Part shown: piece after piece, positions 19,432-28,486 of the stretch | Numbering within the stretch: the stretch's first letter is position 1 | Layout: every line of letters starts with the position of its first letter | Assembly (NCBI GenBank): GCA_031551405.1 | Contig: JAVBNQ010000005.1 | Span: 1 to 33,742, forward strand | Length of the DNA: 33,742 nucleotides | Source: a bacterium | GTDB taxonomy: Bacteria > RUG730 | Direction of reading: 5' to 3' | Position numbers and translations under genes: made by a program | Notes under the pieces: generated by a model | Told to the model about the DNA's origin: nothing | What the model saw: only the letters and a program-made list of their open reading frames with translations | Database searches by the model: none

Positions 19432-21021
19432 ATGATTTACAATTCTGAAGTTTTTTACAGCAAAAACAGTCAAAAAATGTCGCGAATGTTTTTGGCATTT
19501 AGTTTATTCATATTTTTTGTGTATAAAATGTTTTATGCTTCAAAATTTGGTCTTACGACGGATGAATCGTATTATTGGATGTGGTCGCAAAAACTATCGC
19601 TCGGTTACTATGATTCAGGGACAATTCTTGCGTGGGTAATACGATTTACGACGGATTTATTAGGACATTCTGAACTTGCGGTCAGATTCACGAGTATAAT
19701 CGTAACGACTATGTCCAGCATTTTGCTTTATATGCTCTCAAATTATTTCATGAACCCGATTCTGTCCTCAATTTTAGTTTTGGTTTTCAATATCACTCCG
19801 GGCGGAGCATTAAGCGGAATCTTGATGATGCACGACTCGATGATGATATTTTTTTGGATTTTAACAGTCTACAGCTTGTATCGAGCGATCTTTAGAAACA
19901 AAAATTTTTTCTGGTATATCGCAGGAATTTCGAGTGGATTTGGACTTTGGAGTAAAGATACGACGTACTTGATCATTCCGCTTACTTTTTTATTTCTGCT
20001 ACTCTCAAAAAAGCATCGCTTCTTTCTCAAAACGAAAGAGCCTTACATCGCGCTTTTTTTAATGCTAGCAATTTTTTCTCCGATTTTATACTGGAATTAT
20101 CAGCATGATTGGGTGACTTATCGTCATATATTTGCACTTGGAGCACGATCCGGAAGCGTCAAAGCATTTCAGCATATCGGCGATTTTCTCGGAAGTCAGC
20201 TCGCTTTGGTTTCACCGTTTTTATTTATCGGAATTCTCCTAGCTTGGATTCGAAGCACGATTATTTATTTTTATACGAAAAATGCGAGGCACTTATTCTT
20301 GCTTCTCTTCTCATTTTCTATTTTTCTGTTTTTCTTGGTCTTGAGCGCAAAATCAAAAATCGAAGGAAATTGGGCCGGTTTTGGATATATCGTCGGAATT
20401 TTGTGTTATTTTTTTAATTTACAAGACATTTGGAAAAAAACTCTGAAAACAAAATTTTTTTCTTATACATTATTCGCAAGTTTTTTTAGCTTTTTACTAG
20501 TTTTTTTAATGCTAAATCCAATTTTTTTGTATAAAATCGCCTACAAAATCCCAAATTTATCTGGCAAAATCGTCGAAGCGCTAAAGGACAACAGAACAAA
20601 TGACGTAAACGGCTGGCGTCAATTTGGAGACGAAATCGCAAAATTCCAAAAAGATTACTCAGAGTTTTATGAAGAAGAAGCCTTTTTCTTTGGCCTAAGA
20701 TATCAAGTTTCATCGCAAATGGCGTTTTATGGTCCAGGCCTAAAAACTTATTGTTTACCGATAGGACGACGAATGAATCAATATGACATCTGGTGGGGGC
20801 TTGACAAACTCGTCGGACAAATCGGAATTTTCGTCTCAGATGGGCACGAGGACTCAAATAATTTAGAAATTTTAAAACAATATTTTGATTCTGTAACCTG
20901 GACGAGACATTTTACGGTTTATCGAGACGATCTGAAAGACGAACCAATACGAAGCTACAATATTTACATTTGCAAAAACTTTAAAGGAATCGACAAAAAG
21001 ACATTTTTTGAAACTTATTGA
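19432..21021 (+). CDS. GT-C glycosyltransferase, ArnT/PMT (family 39/83)-like
   Basis: DESYYWMWS..L..GYYD, multiple transmembrane helices, G.G..SK, PILYWNYQHDW, soluble C-terminal domain. Confidence 0.9.
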   Translation: MIYNSEVFYSKNSQKMSRMFLAFSLFIFFVYKMFYASKFGLTTDESYYWMWSQKLSLGYYDSGTILAWVIRFTTDLLGHSELAVRFTSIIVTTMSSILLYMLSNYFMNPILSSILVLVFNITPGGALSGILMMHDSMMIFFWILTVYSLYRAIFRNKNFFWYIAGISSGFGLWSKDTTYLIIPLTFLFLLLSKKHRFFLKTKEPYIALFLMLAIFSPILYWNYQHDWVTYRHIFALGARSGSVKAFQHIGDFLGSQLALVSPFLFIGILLAWIRSTIIYFYTKNARHLFLLLFSFSIFLFFLVLSAKSKIEGNWAGFGYIVGILCYFFNLQDIWKKTLKTKFFSYTLFASFFSFLLVFLMLNPIFLYKIAYKIPNLSGKIVEALKDNRTNDVNGWRQFGDEIAKFQKDYSEFYEEEAFFFGLRYQVSSQMAFYGPGLKTYCLPIGRRMNQYDIWWGLDKLVGQIGIFVSDGHEDSNNLEILKQYFDSVTWTRHFTVYRDDLKDEPIRSYNIYICKNFKGIDKKTFFETY

Positions 21022-21090
21022 CGGCTTAAATTGACCAAAACAAAACTAACAAATTTCTATAAAAATTCTATTTTTCCTATGAGGTTTCAA

Positions 21091-22242
21091 GTGAAAAAAA
21101 TTTGCCCGATAATTCTAATATTTTTGTTGCAAAATTTTCTGGCTGCAGAAGCTAGCATCGACGAGATGTACAAACGATCGAAATTATTCACAAAAGCATT
21201 ATCATATATCGAGACGAATTATTCCGGCGACGAGGCTACAAATTTGGAAAATGTAATCGACGGAGCTATCACCGGCATGGTTTCAAAGCTTGATGAATTT
21301 TGCGTCTATCTCGATCCAAAAAAATTTAATGAATTTAAAGAAGATTTGAACGGCGGTTTCGGCGGAATCGGAATTAGATATGAGAAAAATGAACCTGAAA
21401 TCAAAATCATCGAGGTTTACAAAGATTCTCCTGCTGAGAAAGCTGGGATAAAAATTAATGACGTGCTCGTTTCCGTAGATGACAAGATTTTTAAAGAAGA
21501 CCAAAATATTTTTGAAATTTCGGAGTTGTTAAAAGGGAAAATCGGCACAAAAGTTCAAGTTGGCATAAAAAGGCTAGATGACAAAACGAAAATTTTTGAA
21601 ATCTTGAAAATTGAAATTAAACGTGAGCGAATTCAGGGACACAGTGTAATCGGGAAAATCTTACCGAACGAGATTGGCTATATTCGAATTTACGAATTTG
21701 CATTCTCGACAAAAGACGAATTCAACGCTGTTTCAAAAAATCTGCTGGCAAAAGGTGCAAAATATTTCATCCTCGATTTACGCTCGAATCCAGGCGGTTT
21801 ATTTCAGGGAGCAATCGATATTGCAAAAAAGTTTATTGGCGACAAAAAAATTATTGTGTCCACGATTGGAAAAAACATTAGCGAAATTTATTATGCCGAC
21901 GAAAAAGCTGATCTAAAAAACTTTCCTCTCGTAGTACTTATAAACAAAAACTCAGCGTCGTCAGCTGAAATCTTGACTGCAGCAATAAAAGATAATTTGC
22001 GAGGAATTGTTATCGGAAAAAAATCTTTTGGCAAAGGCTCGGTCCAGACTTTGCTTGAGCTAGACGATAAACGCGCCATAAAAATCACGACTGCAAAATA
22101 TTATACTCCGAGCGGCGAATGCATTCACAGAAAAGGCATCGAGCCCGATGTGACAGTCAAAAATTTTGACGACAACGATACAGTGTTTGACTACGCTATC
22201 CAGCTCGCAAAAATGAATAAAATCATTGAATCGCGTCAATAA
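21091..22242 (+). CDS. ctpA: S41 family C-terminal processing peptidase
   Basis: FGGIGI PDZ loop, IGYIRI, LDLRSNPGG, SASSAEI, FGKGSVQ, TTAKYYTPSG; likely GTG start at 21091 after GAGGT. Confidence 0.93.
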   Translation: MKKICPIILIFLLQNFLAAEASIDEMYKRSKLFTKALSYIETNYSGDEATNLENVIDGAITGMVSKLDEFCVYLDPKKFNEFKEDLNGGFGGIGIRYEKNEPEIKIIEVYKDSPAEKAGIKINDVLVSVDDKIFKEDQNIFEISELLKGKIGTKVQVGIKRLDDKTKIFEILKIEIKRERIQGHSVIGKILPNEIGYIRIYEFAFSTKDEFNAVSKNLLAKGAKYFILDLRSNPGGLFQGAIDIAKKFIGDKKIIVSTIGKNISEIYYADEKADLKNFPLVVLINKNSASSAEILTAAIKDNLRGIVIGKKSFGKGSVQTLLELDDKRAIKITTAKYYTPSGECIHRKGIEPDVTVKNFDDNDTVFDYAIQLAKMNKIIESRQ

Positions 22243-22276
22243 AAATAATTAAAAAAAATTAACTTTTGGAGGAAAA

Positions 22277-22597
22277 ATGGGAATAGGAGACATGATGAGC
22301 ATGGCAAAACAAGCCAAGGACATGTATGCGAAAATGAAAAATACGCAAAAAATGCTCGAGAAAAAACGAGTTGAGGTAGAATGTGAAGGCGTACGAGTAA
22401 TAATGAACGGAAAACAAGAAGTAATCGCGTTAGTTTTTCCGGACGAACTAATGCAGCAAAAAAAGACAAAAGCAGAAGGGATGGTTTTGAAAGCATTGAA
22501 TCTCGCGACGAAAAAAGTCCAAAAAGAAATGGAAGAAGAAACGAAAACTATGACCGGTGGACTCGACGTTGCGAAAATGATGGAAATGCTAAAATAA
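22277..22597 (+). CDS. ybaB: YbaB/EbfC nucleoid-associated protein
   Basis: 106 aa, V.V.MNG.QEV pattern, GGAGG RBS, directly upstream of recR. Confidence 0.88.
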   Translation: MGIGDMMSMAKQAKDMYAKMKNTQKMLEKKRVEVECEGVRVIMNGKQEVIALVFPDELMQQKKTKAEGMVLKALNLATKKVQKEMEEETKTMTGGLDVAKMMEMLK

Positions 22598-22600
22598 AAT

Positions 22601-23197
22601 ATGGAATACACGAAAAGTCTCGATAAACTTATTACAATTTTGAGATCTTTGCCCGGAATCGGCCCAAGGATGGCTGAGAGACTTGCATTTCATATTCTCA
22701 AATCTTCCGACTCTAATGCCAAAGATTTTATGCAGGCGATCGATGACGTTAAACTCAACATAAAAAATTGCGAAGTCTGTGGGAATTTAACAGAAGAGGA
22801 TATTTGCGATATTTGCAAAGACGAGCTCAGAAATAGAGAAATCATTTGTATTGTTGAGGAAATCTCGGAAATTTTTGCTATCGAACGCTCCAGAGAATTT
22901 CGAGGACTATTTCATGTTTTAGGTGGAGCGATATCGCCGCTATCAGGCATTTATCCGGAAGATTTAAACATTCAACGCCTGGAAGAAAGACTCGAAAACT
23001 CTCAAGTGAAAGAAGTGATACTCGCAACCAACCCAAATGTCGAAGGAGAAGCAACTGCTCTTTATTTAGCGAAAATCTTGAAAAAATATAACGTTAAAAT
23101 CACAAGAATCGCAAATGGAGTTCCGATAGGTTCAGATCTTGAATACGTCGACAGTCTAACTCTATCGAAAGCGATCGAAGGTCGAAAAGAAATCTAA
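22601..23197 (+). CDS. recR: Recombination mediator RecR
   Basis: LPGIGPR.AERLA HhH, C4 zinc finger, HVLGG.ISPL.G, EVILATNPNVEGEATA Toprim. Confidence 0.98.
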   Translation: MEYTKSLDKLITILRSLPGIGPRMAERLAFHILKSSDSNAKDFMQAIDDVKLNIKNCEVCGNLTEEDICDICKDELRNREIICIVEEISEIFAIERSREFRGLFHVLGGAISPLSGIYPEDLNIQRLEERLENSQVKEVILATNPNVEGEATALYLAKILKKYNVKITRIANGVPIGSDLEYVDSLTLSKAIEGRKEI

Positions 23198-23218
23198 AAA
23201 CCACGCAAATTAATGCTT

Positions 23219-23715
23219 TCAAAAATTCGCGCATTCACTCGCCAAAAAACATTTTTTGCATTTCATTAAATCTTGTTTTCTCTCGCAAATTAATTGATCT
23301 GAATTTTTCAAATCCACAATTTCCTTTGCCAGCTCAAAAATTTTTATGTACAAACTTTTGTCCAGCTCAAAACTCAAGTTTTTTTTTTGTCAAAATAATC
23401 AATTACGAATTTCATGCCAACCAAGTCTTCCGAAAAATAATCCAATCTTTTTATTCCTGAAAAAATCAAAAATTGCATCAAAATATTTATTTTTATATTC
23501 TCAAAAAGATTGCTCGGAGCATATTTCTCGATCTGAGCTTTAAATTCTCTTTTTCCAATTTTTGAAAACTTTATTTTGTCAACATTTAAGAGGAGCAGGA
23601 TTTTTTCACGAGACTTAGTCTTTAAAATTATTGTTTTTGTCTTGTAAATCTTAGTTGCAGATTTTTTATACGACGACAGATATATGAGACTCAAACCGAT
23701 AATTATAAAAAACAT
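23219..23715 (-). pseudogene. Membrane-anchored Cas4/PD-(D/E)XK-like protein interrupted by a frameshift in an A10 run
   Basis: ORF 23374..23715 stops right after T10 (23379-23388). Adding one A continues it as NLSFELDKSLYIKIFELAKEIVDLKNSDQLICERKQDLMKCKKCFLASECANF* ending at 23219, with a terminal C-x2-C-x5-C. Confidence 0.6.
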
Positions 23716-23718
23716 TGA

Positions 23719-24414
23719 TTAGTCGTTTCTTCTTCCAAAAAATCTGAGCAAATATAAAAACAAATTTATAAAATCCAAATATAAAGTCAAAGCTCCCAAG
23801 ATGGACATCTTTTTTCCCATCTCAGAATCCCCAAAAAACGCATAATTTTTAATTTTTTGAGTATCATAAGCTGTAAGACCGGTAAAAATTAAAACTCCCA
23901 AAATTGATATAACTAAAACGAAAGTTCCGCTTTTCATAAAAATATTAATGATTGACGCGATTATTATTCCAAAAAGTCCCATTATCAAAAAACCGCCAAA
24001 ATTCGTCAGATCTTTTTTCGTAATTAATCCGAAAATGCTCATCGCGCCAAACATTCCCGCTGTTGTGAAAAATGCAGAAGCGATCGAGGCTTTTGCATAA
24101 GCTATAAAAATAAACGATAAAGTAAGACCATTCACGAGCGAATACGCCAAAAATAAATTCATGGCAGCATTAAAAGACATTGTTTTTATTCGCATAGCGA
24201 GATAGCCCACCATAAATATTTCGAGTATAAATAACGCAAAAAATAATATCGAATTTCCAAGGATAGCTTTGAGTAAAACCGGACTGGTCGAAACGAAAAA
24301 CGACGTGATCGCAGTTATCGAAAGTCCTAGCGTCATCCAACCATAAACTTTCGTCATAAAATTTCTTTGGACAAGAGAAGTCTCATTTATATAATTTTCT
24401 GATTTAAATTGCAT
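23719..24414 (-). CDS. Bax inhibitor-1/YccA/YbhL family membrane protein
   Basis: FMTKVYGWM, TKKDLT, GLTAYDTQKIK, GALTLYLDFINLFL. Confidence 0.95.
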   Translation of the reverse strand: MQFKSENYINETSLVQRNFMTKVYGWMTLGLSITAITSFFVSTSPVLLKAILGNSILFFALFILEIFMVGYLAMRIKTMSFNAAMNLFLAYSLVNGLTLSFIFIAYAKASIASAFFTTAGMFGAMSIFGLITKKDLTNFGGFLIMGLFGIIIASIINIFMKSGTFVLVISILGVLIFTGLTAYDTQKIKNYAFFGDSEMGKKMSILGALTLYLDFINLFLYLLRFFGRRND

Positions 24415-24452
24415 TTTCCCTCCTAACCCAATTATGGGCGCTAATTTTTTTG

Positions 24453-25319
24453 CTAATTATTTGGTGTGGCTTGTTCACCGGGCTTTCTAACCCACTGATC
24501 AATCTTTGGAGAATCTTTCCGTTCTTTATTTATTATATTTCGCAGCATTTCCGTTAATTTTTTGTTATTATGTTTTTCAGCAATACTAAGAGCATCTTCT
24601 CCTTTGCTATTGACGAGCCAGACGTTTATTCCTCTTTTTATCAAGTTTTCTGCTAGCTCTATATCGTTATTTTCTATTGCAGCCATGAGTAGACTTTTCC
24701 CATTTCTGTCCTGCATGTCAATGTCAAAACCTTTCAGTTCTTTTAATAAAATTTTCGTCAATTTATAATAATTTTTTTCAATCGAAACTATAATCGGCGT
24801 TTTCCCAAGAACGTCTTTTTGCGATGGATTTACTCCTTTTTTTAAAAATAGCTTCAACATTTTCTCGTTATTATTTTCTACAGCAAGCCTTATAGCATTA
24901 ATTCCATTTTTTGTAATTATCTTCGGATCTGCGTCTTTTTTCAACAAAAATTTCACTGTTTTATCTTTATTTGCTTTTAATGCTTCGAGTAAAGCGGTCA
25001 TATCAAAATCATTTTTTTTGTTAATATTGATTCCTTTTTTTATGAAAAATTTTAGCGAGCTATTATCTCCTCTTTTTGCCATTACGAAAAACGCCGGATA
25101 TAAAAGTTCAATATCCTGCTCATTCGTCAATATATCGAGCTCAGGAATGTATTGCTTATAAACATACAAATCTTGTTCGGTCAACGTCTCATCTTTTGCA
25201 TCCAATGCAGACGAAACGAACTGTTTTACGGTTGTGAAACCGGCATCATTTTTGTCCTCACAATAAACGAAGCTTAAAGATAAAAAAAATAACATAAAAA
25301 AAAGATTAATGCGTCTCAT
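24453..25319 (-). CDS. Exported ankyrin repeat protein
   Basis: Signal peptide; repeats TALLEA...FLLKKDADP, NAIRLA...LKKGVNP, GKTPII, GKSLLMAA...LIKRGINV, GEDALSIA. Confidence 0.92.
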   Translation of the reverse strand: MRRINLFFMLFFLSLSFVYCEDKNDAGFTTVKQFVSSALDAKDETLTEQDLYVYKQYIPELDILTNEQDIELLYPAFFVMAKRGDNSSLKFFIKKGININKKNDFDMTALLEALKANKDKTVKFLLKKDADPKIITKNGINAIRLAVENNNEKMLKLFLKKGVNPSQKDVLGKTPIIVSIEKNYYKLTKILLKELKGFDIDMQDRNGKSLLMAAIENNDIELAENLIKRGINVWLVNSKGEDALSIAEKHNNKKLTEMLRNIINKERKDSPKIDQWVRKPGEQATPNN

Positions 25320-25335
25320 TTTCCCTCCATAAAAT

Positions 25336-25752
25336 CTAATCTTGAGATATGATTTCTTTCATTTTTTGTTTTAAATTTTCAGCCAAATCTCGATTAAACG
25401 AGGATATTTTTATATTTGTAAATTCACCGTTTTCTTCAAGTTTCAACAAAACTTCCGTCGACATATTAACATTTTTATAAACTTTACCAAAATTTCGAGC
25501 ATAAATTTTCATATTTTTTTGTTCTTTATAAACCACAACGCTATTTTTTGCAAAATATTTTTTTATCTCTTGGAAAACAAAATCAGGTTTGTAATTTAGC
25601 GAAATCTCAACGAAATTTTCATTTTTATCCAAAATTTTGCCAGGCGAACCGATAAAGCCCTGAAAAAAACTGCATCCACAAAAAAACAAATTAAAACTAA
25701 AAATCAAAAAAAAATAAATTGTATTTCGCTGTTTTATCAAGTTTTTATCCAA
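25336..25752 (-). CDS. Putative lipoprotein
   Basis: Hydrophobic signal ending in a lipobox-like FFCGC; TTG start with AAGGA RBS. Confidence 0.7.
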   Translation of the reverse strand: MDKNLIKQRNTIYFFLIFSFNLFFCGCSFFQGFIGSPGKILDKNENFVEISLNYKPDFVFQEIKKYFAKNSVVVYKEQKNMKIYARNFGKVYKNVNMSTEVLLKLEENGEFTNIKISSFNRDLAENLKQKMKEIISQD

Positions 25753-25826
25753 ATTCTTCCTTAAAAATTATTTTCTGCTATTTAAATTGCGTTTTTTAAA
25801 TGCATTTTCTGTTTATTTGAAAATTT

Positions 25827-27551
25827 TCAATCTTCGAATTGAATGCTGTAAAGCTTTGCATAAAGCCCACTCAGATCCAGAAGCTCATCGTGTGTTCCAG
25901 TTTCTTTTATGCTTCCATTTTCTATCACAAAAATTCTGTCAGCTTTTTTTATCGTTGAGAGTCTGTGCGCAACAATAAAAGTTGTGCGGTTTTTTATGAG
26001 CTTATCTAATGCTTCTTGCACAAAACGCTCAGACTCGCTATCCAGAGACGACGTCGCTTCGTCCAAAATTAAAATTCGCGGATCTCGAAGAAGCGCTCTT
26101 GCTATCGCGATTCTTTGTTTTTGCCCGCCGGACAATTTCGAGCCGTCCTCACCGATAATCGAATCATACGTGCTCGGCATTTTTGATACAAATTCATCGA
26201 CGTAAGCGGCTTTTGCTGCTTCGATTATATCGTCATAATTTTTATCCAGATTTCCATAATGGATGTTATTCGCAATCGTGTCATTAAAAAGCGTTATGTC
26301 CTGCGTCACAATTGCTATTTTTTGTCGCAGCGATTTTATATCAAATTCTTTCAAATTTTCGCCATCAATAAAAATTTCACCTTCAGTCGGATCAAAAAAT
26401 CTCGGAATCAAGTTCATTATCGTGGTTTTGCCGCCACCCGATGGACCGACGAATGCGACTACTTCGCCTTTTTTTACCTCAAAATTCATGTTATTAAGGG
26501 CAAATTCGTTTGAATTTTCGTACTTAAAATAAACGTTTTTAAATAAAATATTTTCTTTTATATCGACCAACTTTTTATCGCGGTCTTCTTCCGGAATCAT
26601 GATTTCGGCATCCAAAATCGTAAAAAAACGTTTGCTGGCAGAAATGGATTGCTGCAGCGTGTTATTAAAATTCGCCAGACTTTTAATCGGAGTGTACAGC
26701 GAAATAATCGCCGCAATAAATGCAAAAAAATCTCCTTGCGTTAAAGTCCCGCGAGCAACCTGGTATCCGCCAATCCCTATTATCGCCGCAACTCCGATAG
26801 ACCCAATAAATTCCATCATCGGAGAAGTCATTGAAATCACTCGATTTGTTCGCATACTGATATTAAAAAATTTTTGGTTTTCTTTTAAAAATATTTGTTT
26901 CCTTATTTTTTCCAGTAAAAACGCTTTTATAACCTTAATTCCCGATATATTTTCTAGTAAAAAGTTATAAATTTTTCCCATCTGTTTTTGGGTTTGCTTA
27001 CTAACGGAACGTAATTTTTTTGCAAACATAAAAAGCGGATACATTGCCAGCGGAAACACAAAAAGCGCAATAAACGCAAGCTTCCAATTCAGAGAAAACG
27101 CCAGGACAATTAGCGAAATTAAAGTCACGGCATCTTTGATCGCATTTGCAGGCAAATTTGTGACTGACATTTGGATTACAGACACATCATTTGTAATTTT
27201 TGCCATCAATTTTCCGGTCGAATTCGCGCCATAAAAATTCAACGACAAATCGCAAAGTTTCTCTACGACTTGTTGTCTCAAATCAAAAACAATTTTTTGA
27301 CCAATATACGACATCAAATAAGCTTGAATGTATGTAAAAACGCACTTTAAAAACGTGACGAGAATTATCACTCCGCTTATCGGGAGAATCATACTTACGC
27401 GTTTGTTTACGAAAATCTCGTTCAAAACCGGCTTGATTAGCCACATTGTGAGAGATGTCAAAAGCCCGACAAATGTCATAAAAATCAACGCGCTAATAAA
27501 TCGCGTTTTGTACGGTTTTATGTAGGTAATAAGCCTCTTGTATGTCGTCAT
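25827..27551 (-). CDS. msbA: Lipid A export ABC transporter (MsbA-like)
   Basis: Six-TM domain plus GPSGGGKTT, LSGGQKQRIAIARA, ILDEATSSLD, AHRLSTI. Confidence 0.88.
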   Translation of the reverse strand: MTTYKRLITYIKPYKTRFISALIFMTFVGLLTSLTMWLIKPVLNEIFVNKRVSMILPISGVIILVTFLKCVFTYIQAYLMSYIGQKIVFDLRQQVVEKLCDLSLNFYGANSTGKLMAKITNDVSVIQMSVTNLPANAIKDAVTLISLIVLAFSLNWKLAFIALFVFPLAMYPLFMFAKKLRSVSKQTQKQMGKIYNFLLENISGIKVIKAFLLEKIRKQIFLKENQKFFNISMRTNRVISMTSPMMEFIGSIGVAAIIGIGGYQVARGTLTQGDFFAFIAAIISLYTPIKSLANFNNTLQQSISASKRFFTILDAEIMIPEEDRDKKLVDIKENILFKNVYFKYENSNEFALNNMNFEVKKGEVVAFVGPSGGGKTTIMNLIPRFFDPTEGEIFIDGENLKEFDIKSLRQKIAIVTQDITLFNDTIANNIHYGNLDKNYDDIIEAAKAAYVDEFVSKMPSTYDSIIGEDGSKLSGGQKQRIAIARALLRDPRILILDEATSSLDSESERFVQEALDKLIKNRTTFIVAHRLSTIKKADRIFVIENGSIKETGTHDELLDLSGLYAKLYSIQFED

Positions 27552-27800
27552 GAAAACTCCAATTTCAAATATTTTTATTTTAGAAAAAAATGTTTTTGGA
27601 AAAATTTAGGGCTGACACCTAATATTTAATTTTCTGAATTTTGTACGCTAAAGAAAATTCTCTCGTTTTTTTGTACAAAAATCCATTTTCCCGTATCAAG
27701 TCCACACATTTTTAGGCACAAAATATTGCACGCGGCGTTCTTTTTTCTCGAAAAACCAACTCCAAAGCCGCAGGTTTTTCGAGCTTTTCCTAGGCTTTTC

Positions 27801-27845
27801 CTCGCAGAACTCGCTTCACTCCGTTTCGCTCATACAAGCTGCGAG
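27801..27845 (-). repeat. Hairpin enclosing a TGTATGAGC...GCGAGTT motif
   Basis: CTCGCAG 27801-27807 pairs with CTGCGAG 27839-27845; the minus strand reads CTTGTATGAGCGAAACGGAGTGAAGCGAGTT. Confidence 0.7.
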
Positions 27846-28028
27846 CAAGGATTCTTTACTTCTCACCCCCGCCAGTTCTTCTGCCCCTTCCTAAAGTCTT
27901 CTCGTCTAGCTTTTAAATTCTTTCAAACGTTTTTCTTTAAAACTCTTGTTTTAATTTTCTCAGTCTCGCGAGTTCGTGATGTTTTTAGTTTCTGTTTTTT
28001 CTCTAAAAATTGTGCAATTTTTAAAAAA

Positions 28029-28214
28029 CCCTTCGTGAGTGAAAGTGAGTAAAATTTTTTAAAAATCGTTTGAAATTTCTAAACTTGTTTGAGCCCCTTT
28101 TTGGGCTGCGAGTCTCTTTAGAAATTTAGATTTTTAGAAAATTTTAGTCCTATATCACGAGCGTGGGCGCCGTTTTTTTGGTACTTTTTTATGGGCGAGC
28201 AAAAAAAGTACCAA
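28029..28214 (+). other. Long nested hairpin plus pseudoknot-capable stem-loop; structured RNA or non-autonomous repeat element
   Basis: Stems 28033-38/28155-60, 28050-67/28129-46 (one G.U), 28073-83/28117-27, apical AGCCC/GGGCT; then the 13-bp stem 28178-90/28202-14. Confidence 0.75.
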
Positions 28215-28486
28215 CTAATAATTTGATAAGCTTTTGTTAAAAACAAGATGACCGTCTTCAGGGTTTAAACTGAAAATTGAAAAGTTTTTTTCTTCTCTTT
28301 TTAAATCGCAACAACAAAACCAAAATCCTATCATTTTTTTACTTCGACAAAACTTTTTTATTTTACAGTCCACACATCAGGATTTTCATTTTTTCTGAGC
28401 GCGGCGTTCTTTTATCTTTCTTTTTTTACATTGCTGTACAGCCTACAGACATATAAATAAGAGAAAAAAGACGGGAATTGAACAAA

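Larger units (their letters stand above)
27699..28413. repeat. Bipartite direct repeat AGTCCACACAT-N21/22-CGCGGCGTTCTTTT, two copies
   Basis: Copy 1: 27699-27709 and 27731-27744; copy 2: 28367-28377 and 28400-28413; spacers differ. Confidence 0.85.

Noticed and set aside
23204..23372. Short repeats CGCAAATTAAT (23204, 23284) and CCAGCTCAAAA (23329, 23362) near the Cas4-like gene as a CRISPR remnant
   Set aside because: Only 11 bp and two copies each; the second pair is simply the repeated FEL codons 11 codons apart. No CRISPR array was seen in the window
27648..28025. Minus-strand frame interrupted only by TGA stops (possible recoded ORF or pseudogene)
   Set aside because: The strand is T-poor so TAA/TAG are rare by composition; no recognisable protein motif; TGA is a stop in this genome
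27726..28052. 108-aa plus-strand ORF in the intergenic region
   Set aside because: TTG start without RBS, Phe/Ser-rich composition explained by the pyrimidine skew, and it overlaps the hairpin elements
27552..28486. RNase P RNA, tmRNA, SRP RNA or group II intron as the identity of the intergenic region
   Set aside because: I could not find GAGGAAAGTCC with its 3' partner, tRNA-like tmRNA ends, the SRP GGAAGGAAGCAGC core or a domain V hairpin; cmscan is still needed to exclude divergent forms
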